From Caecitellus pseudoparvulus (lineage: Eukaryota; Protista; Bigyra: Bicosoecida): 64,000 nucleotides of DNA. Under the pieces are notes generated by a model that was given only the letters and a program-made list of their open reading frames with translations, was not told the DNA's origin and did not search any database. The first letter of the stretch is position 1, and each line of letters starts with the position of its first letter. The translations under genes were made by a program, and so were the position numbers. This document shows, one piece after another, positions 61,865 to 64,000 of the stretch. The DNA is taken from contig CBFFRQ010000090.1 in NCBI GenBank assembly GCA_965644315.1, positions 1 through 64,000 on the forward strand, given 5' to 3'.

Positions 61865-64000
61865 TCATCCATCCTCGGCATGGAGTTGCTTCGCAACTTC
61901 ATGCACTGCGAGAAGCATGTCTTCAGCCCGGACTGGCTTGGTGAGCACCTCATCAGCACCGGCAGCTTGAAACACCTCCAGGTCGATGTCCAAGGCGTTG
62001 CCGGTCAGCCCGATGATGGGAAGCCGGCATAGAGACCCTGGAGGGCGCTGTAAGGCCTGTACTATTGGTGCGCTTTCTGTTGTGCTGGCGGAGCCAGCCA
62101 GAGGAGCGGTGCCAAGGTACACTGGCGCAGTAAGGGTGGCTTCAGCAGTGCTTGCCCAACGAGGAGGCGGCGGTGTGTGCCTGCCCTCTCGGCCAGTCTC
62201 GTACAGCGAACTTGTGCGTGAGCCCCGCCCGTGTGCAGTCTCATGGGGGCCAGTGGCCGCCGTGGAATCATCGATGAGTTGGAGTGAAGCTGGCGCTGCT
62301 GCTACTGCGGGGGTTGGGACTGCCTTGCTTGGAAGCTGGAGCTGCACCTGGCTCGCCGCAGGGGGTTCACTGGCGCCTGACGTCACGTCAGACGCCTCGT
62401 GCACAGAGGTCTCAGGCGCACATTGCTTCGCGTCGCCGGAAGCGCCTGCTTGGTGTGGCGCTGAGTGACTGCGGGTGATGATGGCTTGTAGTGGCGGGCC
62501 ACCCCGCATTGATGTATCTGGGCTGGTAGGCTGCGTAGGGTCATGCCGACGCTGGCCTTTGGAGGACCGCCCCGAGGCTGACCCTTGCTCTGCACCACCA
62601 ATGGGGCCGTGGTGCGACGGCGCAGACCCCGCAGCGCTTGCTGTGCCACTAACGCTGCGCAAGCCAGATGACGTGGGAGGCGGCGGCTGGGCAAAGAAGG
62701 TGCCATCTGCCTCAAGCTGCCGCACGGCTTCAACGAGTGCCGGGCCGTCCATGACAGGCATGGACATGTCACAAATCATGCACTGCAGCGGCGTGAGGAG
62801 GTTGTGCAGCGTCGCCAAGGCTTCCTCCCCATCCTTCGCCGTTGCAACGGTGCAGCCCAGGCGTTTCAACGCCCGAGCCATTTGCGTGCGCAGGGGCTTG
62901 GAGTCATCCACGAGGAGCACATGCATGGACAGCCGGGAGCGGCTGACAAACGAACGCAAGTTGCTATGGCTGCGTCTGGCTGGAGGAATGCTGCCCGATC
63001 CCGAGCTCGCACCTCCAGTAGGCACAACTGGCGGAGCACCAGGAGGAGATGCAGCCACCGACACAACAGCACGGGCTGGAAGTCCTGCACTGTGTGGGGC
63101 GAGTGCAGCCGATGGCAGCGCGCACGCGCTCAGTACTGCTGCTGCCGCCTCGGGTGACATCAGCACAGGAAAAGCCAGAGTGAAAGCGCAGCCCTGGTCC
63201 CGGCCGGGGGAAGCCACAGTCAAGTTGCCGCCCTGGCTCTGCAACAGCTCGCGCATCAACCACAGGCCCAGACCAGTGCCCTGCTGCTGCATGCCTGACC
63301 GCAGGCGGGAGAAAGGGCGAAACAGGCTGTCCATCTCATCTTCGCTCATCCCTCGGCCGTGGTCTGCGAGGGTGATCTTCATAAGGTACAGGGGCGTGCT
63401 GGAATGGGCACCTCGCGGGGAGTGCAGCCAGTGGCTGGTCAGCTGCTCCCTCGCCTCGTGCGGGTGCACCGAGACACTCAAGTCCAACAGCACCTGCTTG
63501 CGCCCATCAGTAGACTCGCAGAGGCCATACTTTAGCGAGTTTGTAAACAAGTTCACGAGGACTTGTTTCAGCGTCGCAGCGGTCACAGAGGAGCGGCACT
63601 CCAGCCCTGCGCCACAAAGTCCGTGCAGGGCTTGGGGGCCAGCCACAGTGGCAACGTCAGCACTGGTGGAAACCTGAATGTGCACGCTCCCGTCAAACTG
63701 GGGTGACTCAGGGGCGTCGTAGGTCATGGATAGGTGCCCTGTCAGCTCGAAGAAGTCGCGTAGAGCTGCGGACACATCGAGAAGTGCTGGGGCCAGCCCT
63801 CGGCCGGAACCCCCTCCCACCTGCTGCTTTGCTCGTAAATACACGAGCATGTTGTCCAGTACACCACTGAGCATGGTGAGGGGCTGCTCAAGCGCTGCTA
63901 CGTCCTCGCTGAGGGACTGCTCCAGGCGTGCGAGGGAAGCCGCAGCGCCGGCTCCTGCCTGGTCCCCCGTCTTGCTGCTGGCGGTGCTCATGGAGGCTTT
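61865..64000 (-). CDS. hybrid histidine kinase HK4, 5' part outside the window; receiver domain split by a long insertion
   Basis: QPLTMLSGVLDNML (HisKA helix 2), NLFTNSLKY, LADHGRGM and GTGLGL. REC motifs LLVDDS..ICDMSMP, then ~200 aa low-complexity sequence, then PIIGLTGNA..TKP. Confidence 0.9.
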   Translation of the reverse strand, partial: KASMSTASSKTGDQAGAGAAASLARLEQSLSEDVAALEQPLTMLSGVLDNMLVYLRAKQQVGGGSGRGLAPALLDVSAALRDFFELTGHLSMTYDAPESPQFDGSVHIQVSTSADVATVAGPQALHGLCGAGLECRSSVTAATLKQVLVNLFTNSLKYGLCESTDGRKQVLLDLSVSVHPHEAREQLTSHWLHSPRGAHSSTPLYLMKITLADHGRGMSEDEMDSLFRPFSRLRSGMQQQGTGLGLWLMRELLQSQGGNLTVASPGRDQGCAFTLAFPVLMSPEAAAAVLSACALPSAALAPHSAGLPARAVVSVAASPPGAPPVVPTGGASSGSGSIPPARRSHSNLRSFVSRSRLSMHVLLVDDSKPLRTQMARALKRLGCTVATAKDGEEALATLHNLLTPLQCMICDMSMPVMDGPALVEAVRQLEADGTFFAQPPPPTSSGLRSVSGTASAAGSAPSHHGPIGGAEQGSASGRSSKGQRRHDPTQPTSPDTSMRGGPPLQAIITRSHSAPHQAGASGDAKQCAPETSVHEASDVTSGASEPPAASQVQLQLPSKAVPTPAVAAAPASLQLIDDSTAATGPHETAHGRGSRTSSLYETGREGRHTPPPPRWASTAEATLTAPVYLGTAPLAGSASTTESAPIVQALQRPPGSLCRLPIIGLTGNALDIDLEVFQAAGADEVLTKPVRAEDMLLAVHEVAKQLHAEDG

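Noticed and set aside
50999-64000. Bacterial contig or chimeric join carrying a two-component operon
   Set aside because: No cognate response regulators, no operon-like spacing, and long eukaryote-style low-complexity linkers. Composition is broadly continuous with the intron-containing neighbours. Ancient horizontal origin is not excluded.
1-64000. rRNA, tRNA or other structured ncRNA genes
   Set aside because: None recognised by eye. tRNAscan-SE/Infernal would be needed to exclude them.

Overview
This is GC-rich, gene-dense nuclear DNA from a unicellular eukaryote. Genes carry short GT-AG introns of about 65-120 nt. The gene set (POLR3C, gamma-tubulin complex protein, TRPV channel, SLC25 carrier, TBC Rab-GAP) fits a protist; a stramenopile-like lineage is my inference only. 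From left to right: (1) an apparently autonomous PIF/Harbinger DNA transposon (<1-~5004) with a DDE transposase, a convergent spliced partner gene and a matching terminal inverted repeat cut by the window start; (2) a small STAND-like P-loop NTPase; (3) about 20 tightly packed housekeeping or cytoskeletal genes, including a tandem pair of intronless 38-aa ankyrin-repeat genes with fixed caps and hypervariable internal modules, and a GCP4-like protein with a lectin-like insertion; (4) from 51 kb to the window end, a head-to-tail array of at least four intronless hybrid histidine kinases. The three complete kinases each have an unrecognised ~8-TM Cys-containing sensor domain plus HisKA, HATPase_c and REC. 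Their sensors are highly diverged while catalytic blocks are nearly identical at the DNA level. This kinase array and the ankyrin pair are the best candidates for undescribed systems. All calls come from reading motifs by eye; no database search was run.
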